A stretch of DNA of 64,000 nt from Lytechinus pictus (GCF_037042905.1 NC_087252.1:18664001-18728000), one strand, 5' to 3'; shown: positions 13,451 through 24,029, numbered from the stretch's first letter. The notes: generated from the sequence alone by a model not told the origin. Program-made: numbers and translations.

Positions 13451-13746
13451 CTTCTGCAATACAAATTGGAGAAGAGCATAAATTTGGTCATAATTCTGTG
13501 CCCGAAATTTGATTTAATTTGTAGCATGAAACAAAACAGCTGAGTATCATATTCTTCATCTTATTTTACATCTAAGCGACAGAGTGCATGGTCAAAGCAG
13601 AAATACGTCTGTTGTTGCTGAATAATCATTCGACTGTGGTCGTTGTAAGCTTAGTTGTTATTGATTGTTTTGAATTGCCATACTGGAAGCTCAACACCTT
13701 GGTATTTCTTCATACGATCTACATGGACCACAAGTGGTAGAGATCT

Positions 13747-15357
13747 CCTTGTTTGTCCGTCGATGCGACAAGGACCATCTAATCATCCTGGGGTTTAATC
13801 ATTAGCTTGATGGGTCCGCAGATGGCTAGTCAGGCCAATCTGTGCCCTAAATAGTCTCTGGCAGTGTGGACAGGGAATATTGGCTGCTGCTACAGGGTTG
13901 GTGGTCCTTGCCTTCCTGGCCTGCCTGCGGGCTAGGGCCACTACGGTCCTATTGGCCTCATGTGCTTCAGCACCCTTATGTACAGCTGTTTGCCATGCTC
14001 CTCTGTCTTGGGCTTTCTGTTCCCATGTGTCATGGTTGATGTTAAAAGACTTAAGTGATTCTTTTAGTGTGTCTTTGAAGCGCTTCTTTGGGCCTCCATG
14101 AGAGCGTCTTCCTTCCTGGAGCTCGCCAAACAGAAGTTTCTTTGGAAGACGTTCGTCCGGCATGCGAACTACATGTCCTGCCCACCGGAGCTGAGACTGC
14201 ATCAGGACGGTGTAAATGCTGGGCAGGTTCGCGCGAGTGAGGACCTCAGTGTCTGGTATCCTGTCTTGCCACTTGATGCCAAGAAGCTTTCTCAGACAAG
14301 TGGTGTGGAAATGGTTCAACTTCCTGGCATGGCGCCGATATACTGTCCATGTTTCACAGCCGTACAGCAATGTGGTAAGAGCCATGGCCCTGTACACCTT
14401 GATCTTGGTTGTCGTTGAGATTCCTCTCCTGTTCCAAACGTTCTTGTATAGTCTGCCAAAGGCAGCACTTGCCTTAGCAAGTCTGGCATTAACTTCATCG
14501 TCAATGACAACGTTTCTTGAGAGTGTACTGCCGAGGTATGTGAACTTGTCCACCACATTTAGACGTTGTCCGCTTATTGTGATGTTGGGTTCAACGTAAG
14601 GCTTTCCTGGAGCTGGTTGATGTAATACTTCAGTCTTCTTTGTGCTGATTGTAAGGCCGAAGTTGTTGCAGGCCTCAGAGAACTTGTCAACACTATGCTG
14701 CATATCAGCCTCTGTGGAAGCATTGAGGGCACAATCATCAGCAAACAGGAAGTCATTGATAGTGTCAGTTGAGACTTTGGTTTTTGCTTTAAGCCTCCTA
14801 AGGTTGAAGACAGAGCCATCAGTCCTGTACCTGATGCCAATGCCCATGTTTGTATTGCTGAAGGCATCAGTCAGCATGGCTGAGAACATGAGACTGAACA
14901 AAGTGGGAGCAAGGACACAGCCTTGTTTCACTCCGTTTGAGACATGAAATGAGTCAGAGGTCTCACCGTTGTCCTGAACTCTTGCCAGCATGCCATCATG
15001 GAGCTGTCGTACGATGGCGATGAACTTTCTGGGGCAACCATACTTTGCCATGATTTTCCAAAGACCCTCTCTGCTAACAGTGTCGAAAGTCTTGGTAAGA
15101 TCGACGTAGGTGGAGTAGAGGTCAGCATTCTGTTCTTGACACTTCTCTTGTAACTGTCTAGCAGCAAACATCATGTCAACAGTGCCACGTGCTTTTCGGA
15201 AGCCACATACCCGGCCGGAACATAACTCACAAAAGCTCTAGCAATAGGGCACCCAGAATTAACCACCATGTACCATCCACACTAATGAGTGCAGCACAGG
15301 TAAGGCGCTGGATGCTATCCCAGTATTCAAGGAACAGAGTTCCTCGCCTGTCGCCCA
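13747..15357 (-). mobile_element. RTE-clade LINE inserted in the Gypsy integrase
   Basis: 9-bp TSD TAGAGATCT at 13738-13746 and 15358-15366. The integrase reads …LQQTPRSL|PLVVHVDRMKKYQG across the insertion. The 3' tail is GACGGACAAACAA. Confidence 0.95.
13795..15174 (-). CDS. RTE reverse transcriptase, N-terminally deleted but uninterrupted
   Basis: CGFR upstream, VDLTKTFD, GVKQGCVLAP, FADD, FTYLGS, QLRWAGHV, and a C-terminal CPHC…H…H finger. Confidence 0.9.
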   Translation of the reverse strand: MMFAARQLQEKCQEQNADLYSTYVDLTKTFDTVSREGLWKIMAKYGCPRKFIAIVRQLHDGMLARVQDNGETSDSFHVSNGVKQGCVLAPTLFSLMFSAMLTDAFSNTNMGIGIRYRTDGSVFNLRRLKAKTKVSTDTINDFLFADDCALNASTEADMQHSVDKFSEACNNFGLTISTKKTEVLHQPAPGKPYVEPNITISGQRLNVVDKFTYLGSTLSRNVVIDDEVNARLAKASAAFGRLYKNVWNRRGISTTTKIKVYRAMALTTLLYGCETWTVYRRHARKLNHFHTTCLRKLLGIKWQDRIPDTEVLTRANLPSIYTVLMQSQLRWAGHVVRMPDERLPKKLLFGELQEGRRSHGGPKKRFKDTLKESLKSFNINHDTWEQKAQDRGAWQTAVHKGAEAHEANRTVVALARRQARKARTTNPVAAANIPCPHCQRLFRAQIGLTSHLRTHQAND

Positions 15358-15366
15358 TAGAGATCT

Positions 15367-16740
15367 AGGAGTTTGTTGAAGACGGAATGTGACAGCAGAG
15401 AGCTTCGAAATGATAAGAAACGGTCCAAGCCATCGGGGTTCCAATTTTGGAGATACTCCTTTTTTCCTATTTTTTTTTCTGAGCCACACATATTGCCCCA
15501 CGTCGAAGTCAGCATCGGATGCCCTCCTGTTGTATATAGTGCGTTGTCGGCTTCCAGCATCCTTTCTTCTTGCTTTTTCATGTACTGTCCGTAGTGTATC
15601 TCTGAGTTTGAAGGCGTAGTCAGTATTTACGTCTTCATCTAGTGGGGTGGGTGGCATTACCAGATCTATTGGTAAGGTGACTTCTCTTCCTAGCATAAGC
15701 ATGTTCGGAGTTTCTCCAGTGGACTCTTGAGGACTGCTCCGGTATGCTGCTGTGGCAAAGGGGATATATTTATCCCAGTCACGCTGATGCGACTCTGAAT
15801 CCATCATAGAGGCAACCGTGTTGAGGAGGGTCCGATTAAATCTTTCAACGAGGCCATTGGATTTTGGGTTATAGGGCGTTTTCCGAGTATTCTTTACACC
15901 CATTAGGCGGCATTCCTCTTTGAATACATCCGACTCGAAGTTTCGGCCCTGGTCAGAATGAATGACTGGTGGGACTCCTTCACTAGCTTTTCTGCCACGG
16001 TGTGGGTTCGTTCATCAGGTATAGCAAATGCTTCCATCCATTTAGTGAAATAGTCCCCAACAATTAATACATATTTATTGCCATTCGTAGATTCTGGTAA
16101 CGGACCAAGGATGTCTAGGGCTATACGGTCCGTTGGAGATCCACTTATTTGTTGTTGCAAGGGTGCTCTGCTGTGTACTCCGCTAGCTTTCCTTTTTGCA
16201 CAGATGTCGCACTGGCGTATTCCAGATCGGAAATCTTCTGTCATCCCGACCCAGAAATACTTTAATCGTGCTCTCTCGAGGCACTTCTTGATGCTGAAAT
16301 GGCCTGCGGTAGTAGCAGAATGCATTTCTTTCACCATCCCATGTACCATGGCTCGGGGCACAACAAGTTGCCACCTGATTATTTTCCCATTACTTGACTC
16401 CCACCTGCGGTAGAGCACTTCATTCTTGATATGTAGTGAATCCCAGTATTCTAAGAGACGCTTAGCTACTCTTGGCCAGGCAGATGTTTGTGCATCGCTT
16501 GGTTTCTGCCCATCCAGTTTGGCCTGTACTACCGGCTTGATCCCGACGTCACTTCTCTGTAGGTCTTTGAGTTCTGTTTGTTCTTCCTCAGTATCAACTG
16601 ATAATATCCGTACTTGTTCTGGTTCTGAGTCTGGTTCGCTATCTTCACGCCCGCACTGCTTACATGGTCGTCGGGACATACTGTCTGCATTACTATGGTT
16701 CCTTCCAGGTCGGTGAATGATGTCCATGTCATACTCTGAA
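15367..16740 (-). pseudogene. Gypsy integrase (HHCC, DDE core, GPF motif), frameshifted
   Basis: H…GH…C..C; IALDILGPLP…GDYFTKW; TPYNPKSNGLVERFN; WLGPF. The C-terminal end continues at 13737-13670. Confidence 0.9.
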
Positions 16741-16751
16741 ATAACCTCAAG

Positions 16752-18482
16752 CTAGCGGGCAAGTTGTCCGGCAGGTTCTTTGAAACTTGTCAACCACCTA
16801 AGAGATCCGTGATCGGTTCTCACAGTGATATGGCGCCCATACAAGTACTGGCAATTTTTTTTCAAGAAGATGACGATGGCAAGTAATTCCTTCCTAGTGA
16901 CACAATAGTTTATTTCAGTTTTCTTGAGTGTCTTGCTTTCGTATGCAATTACTTTCTCTTGCCCATCCTGGATCTGAGACAAGACTGCACCTACTGCAAA
17001 ATCACTAGCATCAGTGTCCAAAATCAGCTGTCCATCGGGGTCAGGGTATGCTAATATCGGCGAGGTGGTGAGTCTTTCCTTAAGCTGATCGAAAGCTGAC
17101 TTGCATTCCTCTGTCCAATCAAAGCGTCTGTTCTTTTCCATAAGATGATGCAAAGGTTTGGCGATCTTTGCAAATCCCTTGACATAACGTCGGTAATAGG
17201 ATGCTAAACCCATGAAGCTCCTGAGCTCTGATACAGAAGTTGGGTAATCCCAGTCACGTACAGAGCTTATCTTCTCTGGATCTGTGCTCACACCTTCAGC
17301 CGAGACGACGTATCCGAGATATCGTACAGTTCTACAGAACAGATGACACTTTGATGGTTTCAGTTTTAGGCCTGCTTCTTTCATCCGTTGGAATACCATT
17401 CTCAGCCTTGTCAGTTCTTCTATTGTTCTGCCATACACGATGGCATCGTCCAGATACACAAGCAAGATCTCCCACTTTAACCCGGCTACCACTCGGTCCA
17501 TCAGCCTTTCAAACGTAGCCGGCGCATTACATAACCCGAAGGGCATAGCGCGCCAGGTATATAACCCTCCATTCGCGGAGAATGCAGATTTCTGTCTTGC
17601 CTGTTCGTCCAATTCTACTTGCCAATATCCACTGGCTAAGTCTAATGTGGAAAACCATTTCGCCGCGCCTAACGCATCTAAGGTGTCACTTATTCTTGGT
17701 AGTGAGTAAGCGTCCTTGATGGTGCTAGCGTTTAGTTGGCGGTAGTCAACACAAAACCGCTTGCTTCCATCCTTCTTGGATACCAACACTACATTTGATG
17801 CCCATGGGCTAGAAGTAGGTTCTATCAAACCATGTTGCAGCAAATCCTGAACTTGCCGTTCAATCTCCTCCCTTTGCTGGGCTGGATATCTTCTATGTGC
17901 TTGTCGGAACGGTGGTGTATCTCTGGTGTTGATGCTATGCTGCACAATATCAAACGAACCCTTCGAAAAGATATCACTGAAGTCCTCTAGTAACCGTGAT
18001 ATGGATTCCTGATATTCTACTGGGACATTCTGCATGGTTCTAGCGAATAGATCAGTCAGGTGTTCTGGTATGCCAGTCGAAGGTTGTTTACCACATGAGT
18101 CCAGGCCCGTGGTTTCCTCTTTCCTCAGAGATGTCATACTAGCTACACAAGTTCCTTTCTTGATGACTCCATGTTGTTGGGTTGTGTTGAGAATCCGTAC
18201 AGGGAGGATCTTTTCCTCTGCGCTTACAACAGCTCGTGCAACCATCAAACCTTTACCCAATAATTCCGTACCATTTCGCAGTCCTTCCAGTAGAGCCGAA
18301 CCACTAAGGAACCGAGTGTTCCTAGCTTCGCCTGGTAGAATGACTTCACAGCCGGCCGGAATAGTACTTGTTTGCTGTGCGACAATTCTACAGCAAAATG
18401 AATTCCCTTCGTGATCTTGGCATGGTATGGTTCCCTTCGGAGTTCTCAACTCCAACATTCTGAGATCTAGTACCGCATTCAT
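16752..18482 (-). pseudogene. Gypsy pol: reverse transcriptase and RNase H
   Basis: RFCVDYRQLN, LDLASGYWQV, MPFGLCNAP, YLDD, YLGYVV, DTDAS, ELLA, TDH. Ends at a premature stop. Confidence 0.95.
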
Positions 18483-19769
18483 CTGAATGAGTAAGTCCAG
18501 TCCAATGATTCCTTGATTCTTCAGCGCAGCTACTATGACTTCGGAGGCCGCCGCCAGACCTCAAATTTCTAAGACAATCGATGCTCTCCCCATTGTTTCT
18601 AGCGGTGAACCGTCTGCCTGGTAAACCATGTCTGTAATTCTACGAAGAGGAGGTCTCCTTGACTCAATTATGCTGCCGTACACCTCGTTTGATACTAGAG
18701 TATGTGAAGAACCAGTCCATGGTCCATCTCCATGAGATGCTGTATTCTGTCTTGGCCTTTCAGTGGTTTTGGATTCCATTTCCAGAATGAGATCTTTAAG
18801 GAACTTTTTCATTCTCACTTCCCATGAGGCTTCTTCAGTAGGGGAAGGGTTTCCGGCATTATCCCCTGAAACAGCTAGGCTGTACCTGGTTTGTCGGTAG
18901 TCCCTCCTGTCTCCTTCCATCCTTAAGAACGCCTCCGTATTCAGGGCAGCTTCTTTTGCCTCGTCCAATGATCTTGGTTGCAAGCGAAACAGTCCTTCCC
19001 GAATCTTACTATCCACAATTGCATCTAGAAAATGCCCCCTCGCCAACCGGTCTTGTCCGTCTTCATCGAATTCGGGATAGGCGAGAGCTGTCATATCTCT
19101 AACACTCTGTCCTAATTCCTGGAGGGTCTCTTTAGGCCTTCTCCGTCGCTGTCGCAACTCGGCAAGATAGACTTCCGCTTTTCCACCTGGACCATATCTT
19201 TTTCTCATTCTGTCCACCAGCTCACATTAACTCAGTCTTCTTCCCGTTTTCTGGGTCAACAATTTCACAGCAGAACCTCTTAAGCTGGCTGCGAGATATT
19301 TCATCGCTTCGGATTCTCCCCATTCATTCACTACAATGCATGCCTCAAAATGGTTAATATAGTCTTCAGCTAGTGTGCGACCATCGAACCGATCTGGTAT
19401 CTCATTTGGTTTCTTTGAACTTACATCAGGATAATTCGGTTGACTTGACAAAGGATTTTCTGTTTCGGTTCTCAACTGTGCTGTTGGTCTGTGTTGTGTA
19501 TTTGATAGCCCGGTTCGGTGAAATTCTTGTCCAAGACTGGTGGGTTGCGGTACTTGTGCTGTTGCTCCGAAGTTTTTAATTGGTGAAGACTGGAACTGAA
19601 CTCTTGGCCTTTGCCTTCTGCTTGCCTCATCAGTCCCCCATGATGGCGTGAACCCAACACTGGTTCGCAGCTCCGCCATCATCTGGTCAATCTCCGCCAT
19701 ACTGCTTTCCAACCTCTCCATCACCTCAGCCGGCGATACCGCACACCCTCTTTGTCCTCGAACATCCAT
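18483..19769 (-). pseudogene. Gypsy gag and partly deleted aspartic protease
   Basis: ORFs 19227..19868 and 18561..19217. PW|TGSSHTLVS is a DTG site cut by a deletion, and IIGLD follows. Confidence 0.85.
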
Positions 19770-19790
19770 TTCTGAACTTCTACACCAACT

Positions 19791-19808
19791 ATCCCACTTC
19801 TGACACCA
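19791..19808 (-). promoter_or_regulatory. Primer-binding site, tRNA-Leu(CAA)
   Basis: TGGTGTCAGAAGTGGGAT, an 18-nt complement of the tRNA-Leu(CAA) 3' end including CCA. Confidence 0.9.
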
Positions 19809-20430
19809 CGTGTAGCCGAACCGACTTTCTTTCCTGACGAGCTGGTTCGTTTCGGCTGCAATATACAACCAGTTGATGTAAAGTCCGTCTTTTTCACTTC
19901 TGACTCTTTACTCTTTCACAATATCTTTTATCATATCTCATGGAACCGCACAACCATGTTGAAGACCGAATACCCAGTATTCAGTATTTCCGTAATTTCA
20001 GTATCTCGGTATCTCGGTATTGTCAGTACTTTCAGTAACCTCACTCATCTCGGAATCTCGGTAAAGTCATTATTTTCCGTACCTTCTTTCGTCTCAGTAT
20101 TTTCAGTATCTCGGTAAAGTCGGTATTTTCCGTATTTCGGTAAAGTCAGTATTTTCCGTACTTCTCACTTCTTCCAATCAGTACTTCCAACACTTTCGTA
20201 CTTCTGCTTTTCAGACCGTGCATTCTGTAGTTCCGTACTAAGAATAACGACAGGTGTGAAAGCAAAGTATTTATTTCTTCAAACTTTAGCAGAATACATG
20301 CTCACACTGTCGCAGCAGGAATAAACAGAATTTGAGCAGAGTTCCGTGCTGAACACACTTCTATTAGGCCTAGTAGCCTGGCTTGTAATCGAGCATGAAG
20401 CAATACTTTATCGATCTAACTCAACAATTC

Positions 20431-20609
20431 TGTGTGTGTATTTGAGTTTTGTCAGACGTGTATCAATCAGATATGATTATTTACGTCTGGGACCGACCTT
20501 TAACGTCACCATCCGAAAGACGTGACCAGGGTTCGAACCTCGAACCTCTGCATCAATTTGTAACTTCCCCATATAGCTTGGATTACAGGCGCACGCCACA
20601 ACGCCCAGT
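20431..20609 (-). mobile_element. SINE with a 7SL-like head, B box, Deu/Nin-like core and (CA)n tail
   Basis: Head ACTGGGCGTTGTGGCGTGCGCCTGTAATCCAAGCTA; B box GGTTCGAACC; core GTCTTTCGGATGGTGACGTTAAA; tail TACACACACA. Absent from the sister LTR. Confidence 0.8.
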
Positions 20610-21050
20610 TGTGGAGGGAGGGAGCTTGTCAGCCCGTAAAATTTTATCACTGCTTAAAAATAGTTAAAGTCATATAATAAATCTTTTCAGCTAAGACAAT
20701 CGTGACTGTCACTACTTTTGTATATCCAAACAGTGTAAAATTATTAATGATAGAAAACTAACACAAATATACAGTTGTAAACTTCGTTATTATTCAGTAA
20801 AAAGGCTTAATTACATTTTAAAAGAAAATCACTACATAATCGATTACAAGCGATTACTGAATTTTGCTATACAACTATATATATGGATTAAAAAAATATT
20901 CTACAGTCTTTGCCGTTCTAAAACAATGCTGATAATTAAATAAACCTTTCATTCTGTTACAATATATATATATATATTATATATATATATATATATATAA
21001 ATGTGTAAAGTTATACATGTACAACAGCATTGGCAACTCTTTTTATTTAA

Positions 21051-21482
21051 ATATTGTAAAGAAATGTATGAAGAGAACAATGGTAGGCGTAGCTTAAATC
21101 AAGGTTCCCCAGAGCTATCTACCCTTTGGAAAAATTGGTGATGCCGAAAAAATGTCTCTGCCGGGAATCGAACTTTGATCCAGCTGAGGCATGGCGGCTT
21201 GTCATTGTTCAAAACCCACCTTCACCCGACAAAGGAAATTATAATTGGTATAGTGTCGAAAATCTGTCTATCTGACGGTCAATCGAATCGGGGTCGCCCT
21301 AGCCACTAACCCGTCTCTGTGGTCTAGTGGTTAAGGCACCGGCGTTCAAAGCTGGAGGCCCGGGTTCGATTCCCGGCAGAGACATTTTTTCGGCATCACC
21401 AATTTTACCAAAGGGTAGATAGCTCTGGGGAACCTTGATTTATGCTACGCCTACCATTGTTCTCTTCATCCATTTCTTTACA

Positions 21483-21486
<4 letters not shown>
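21051..21486. repeat. Inverted repeat with ~123-bp arms (21051-21173 and 21364-21486) overlapping a tRNA-like gene
   Basis: The arms are near-perfect reverse complements. The left arm is an inverted copy of the tRNA 3' end plus its trailer. Confidence 0.9.
21313..21384 (+). tRNA. tRNA-like gene with TCA anticodon and short variable loop, probably repeat-borne
   Basis: Acceptor GTCTCTG/CAGAGAC; D stem GTCT/AGGC; anticodon stem CCGGC/GCTGG with loop GT-TCA-AA; T stem CCGGG/CCCGG. A box TGGTCTAGTGG, B box GGTTCGATTCC, T6 terminator at 21385-21390. Confidence 0.7.
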
Positions 21487-21536
<50 letters not shown>

Positions 21537-21538
<2 letters not shown>

Positions 21539-21583
21539 CCGAAACGAATCAGCTCGTCAGGAAAGAAAGTCGGTTCGGCTACA
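21537..21583 (+). mobile_element. 47-bp 3' remnant of a fourth LTR of the same Gypsy family
   Basis: AGCCGAAACGAATCAGCTCGTCAGGAAAGAAAGTCGGTTCGGCTACA between (TA)n tracts. Confidence 0.85.
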
Positions 21584-21597
21584 ATATAGATATATAT

Positions 21598-23128
21598 TGT
21601 AGCCGAACCGACTTTCTTTCTTGACGAGCTGGTTCGTTTCGGCTGCAACATACAACCAGTTAGTGTAAAGTCCGTCTTTTTCACTCCTGACTCTTTGCTC
21701 CTTCCCAGTAACTTATATCATATCTCATTGAACCGCACAACCATGTTGAAGACCGAATACCCAGTATTCAGTATCTCCGTAATTTTTAGTATCTCGGTAA
21801 TTTAAGTATCCTCACTCATCTCAGTATCTCGGTAAAGTCAGTATTTTCCGTATCTTCACTCGTCTCTCAGTATTTTCAGTACCTCGGTAAGTCAGTATTT
21901 TCCATTCTCGGTAAAGTCAGAATTTTCCGTACTCTCACCTCTTCTAGTCACTACTTCCAACACTTTCGTACCTCTGCTTTTCCGACCATGCATTATGTAG
22001 CTACGTACTCAGAATAACGAAAGGCATGAAGGCAAAGTCTTTAAGGGGAATCCAGCCTTGGCCATTAAATGTTGCGTTGGGAAGGAAAAAAATTAATTAA
22101 ACAGAATAGTGAAAGTTTGAAAGAAATCGGACAAGCAATAAGAAAGTTATAGCTGCTTTAAAATTGAGATCACTAATACTATGTAGATTTCAAATTGGCA
22201 ACTGGGTAAGTAAATTATGACAAGGGGCAAGGACAACTTTCCCATGGGCCATGTACTTTATTATCAGGGATTTGTACCCATTCCCCTGGGGAATTAATCT
22301 AAATATAACCCAGGTAGTTTATTGTTTTATGTCCTCATGAAAGAAAAATGTTATTTGAAATAAAACTTTTGGGAAAAATGACAATTCAGCCAAAATATGT
22401 ATTGGAGTACATGGAAGAGTAGTCCCTGCCTTACATCACTATGACATCCCATATGCAGCCAATTTGAAGTCTCCATGGGTATAGTGATTACCAATATTTA
22501 CAACTTTTAAAAATTCATAACTTTCTGGTTGTTTGTCCAATATTGTTCAAACTTTCACCTATCAACTTGTCTGATTTTTCTTCTCCTTATAAAAACAAGC
22601 TTTTATTTGGGTTTGATTCCCCTTTAACTTCTTCAAAATTTACTTAATTGCGTGCTCACCCTGTCGTAGCAGGAATGCACAGAATTTGAGCAGAGTCTCG
22701 TGTTCGTTCATGTAGTAGTCTCTCCTTAAAAGGCCTAATAGCCTGGTATGTAGACTTCAACGACCTTGCTCAACGTTTAAGGAGGGAACTTATCAAGCAG
22801 TACAATTTTATCACTATTTAAAAATAGTTAGTTATGGAATAAATCTTTTCAGCTAAGACAATGGTAATTGTCATATAGTTTTTTTTTTTTATATTCAAAC
22901 AGTGTTAAATCAATTCAGATACAAAGCTAACATAATTATACAGTTAAACACTCCGTTAATTCTCAGCAAGAAGGCTTAATTACATTCTTAAAGAAAATAT
23001 CAAAATAATCGATTACAACGATTACTGAATTTCGCTATACAACTATATATATGCATCAAAATTTATTCTACGCTCTTTGCCGTTCCAAAACAAAGCTGAT
23101 AATCAGATAAATTTTTCATTTTGTTACT
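21598..23128 (-). mobile_element. Solo LTR of the same Gypsy family
   Basis: Colinear with 11336-12303. TA-rich flanks, with no PBS or PPT. Confidence 0.9.
22044..22623. mobile_element. Kolobok-like MITE (TTAA target) in the solo LTR
   Basis: TTAAGGGGAATC … GATTCCCCTTTAA with subterminal inverted segments. Absent from the other LTRs. Confidence 0.75.
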
Positions 23129-23140
23129 ATATATATATTA

Positions 23141-23667
23141 TACAGAGAGACAGTGGATATTTACGCGTGCCCAAGTTTCGCACTGATTGTTATAAGTGTA
23201 GTCCAATTGTATCTTCAATATTTGAATGGAATAAGCTTGATAATTCAATTAGAACAGCTCCTTCTGTCATTTTAATTAAGCGAATGTTTAGAAGAACTTG
23301 TAATTTATAAATAACTTGCGGAACATCCACTGTTGTGCGTATTTTGTGTTAGCATGACCTGGATGATTTGGTGTATATCATCAGTATTTTAAAGATGTCG
23401 TTCTTAGTTAATTTGATTTATTGATATTTGATTATACGTCAAACGAGTGCCCGTCTGCGTTTTGTTTGCTGCTAAGTTTGTTTATGTTTCGTTTTACATT
23501 CAAATCCTAATGTGAATCTTAATGCCGTAAAATTGTGTACATACGTTATGCATTTTGTAAATTTGTTTATTGTTATTCAGGGCCCCATGGAAGACCACTA
23601 CCTATTGGTGAATTGGCTATCCTGTCAAAATATCAGAAATAAATAAATAAAAAATAAATAAATAAAA
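23141..23667 (+). mobile_element. 5'-truncated CR1/L2-group LINE 3' end
   Basis: LRVPKFRT…S…WNKL…IR C-terminal motif, then a 3' UTR and an (AAAT)n tail. Confidence 0.7.
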
Positions 23668-24029
23668 TTTATTATGCATGCACGTTATATCGATTTAAGA
23701 CATGCATTATATATCATAGTTCTGTAATCAGATATTTCTTTTTACAACAATAATGTAATTTCACTGTGGGTTGCCTTAAGAGCGAAATAGGGAAAATAAT
23801 TCTTTAAATAAATATTAGAGAAAATTTGGTCTGCCTAAAGAAAAATCTTAATTGATCAATTAGTCAACAAGAAACCTATCTGATCATTGTGTTTTCCCAT
23901 GGAGAGGGTGGAGGTAAACCCAAATAAAAGATGAGGGATATTAGGCATGTTAGGTACTGTATCGAAAGTCAGAGCAGGGTCTTTCACGTGGGAATCCAGC
24001 AAGCGGAACTTTATCAATAATTCTTACTC

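Larger units (their letters stand above)
11336..20961 (-). mobile_element. Ty3/Gypsy LTR element copy 2, near full-length and decayed
   Basis: 5' LTR 19811-20961 and 3' LTR 11336-12303. PBS 19791-19808, PPT ~12307-12317. Domain order gag-PR-RT-RH-INT. ATAT flanks within (TA)n. Confidence 0.95.

Noticed and set aside
13880..18414. Plus-strand ORFs over the RTE and pol
   Set aside because: They are antisense shadows of coding frames, with no motifs.
20574..20609. Human Alu contamination
   Set aside because: Similarity stops after ~40 nt, the rest is not Alu, and the element is embedded in a native LTR.
21174..21312. Hammerhead ribozyme in the spacer of the tRNA inverted repeat
   Set aside because: No CTGANGA…GAAA core in the right order could be found.
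21313..21384. Selenocysteine tRNA gene
   Set aside because: It lacks the long variable arm and the extended acceptor stem of tRNA-Sec.
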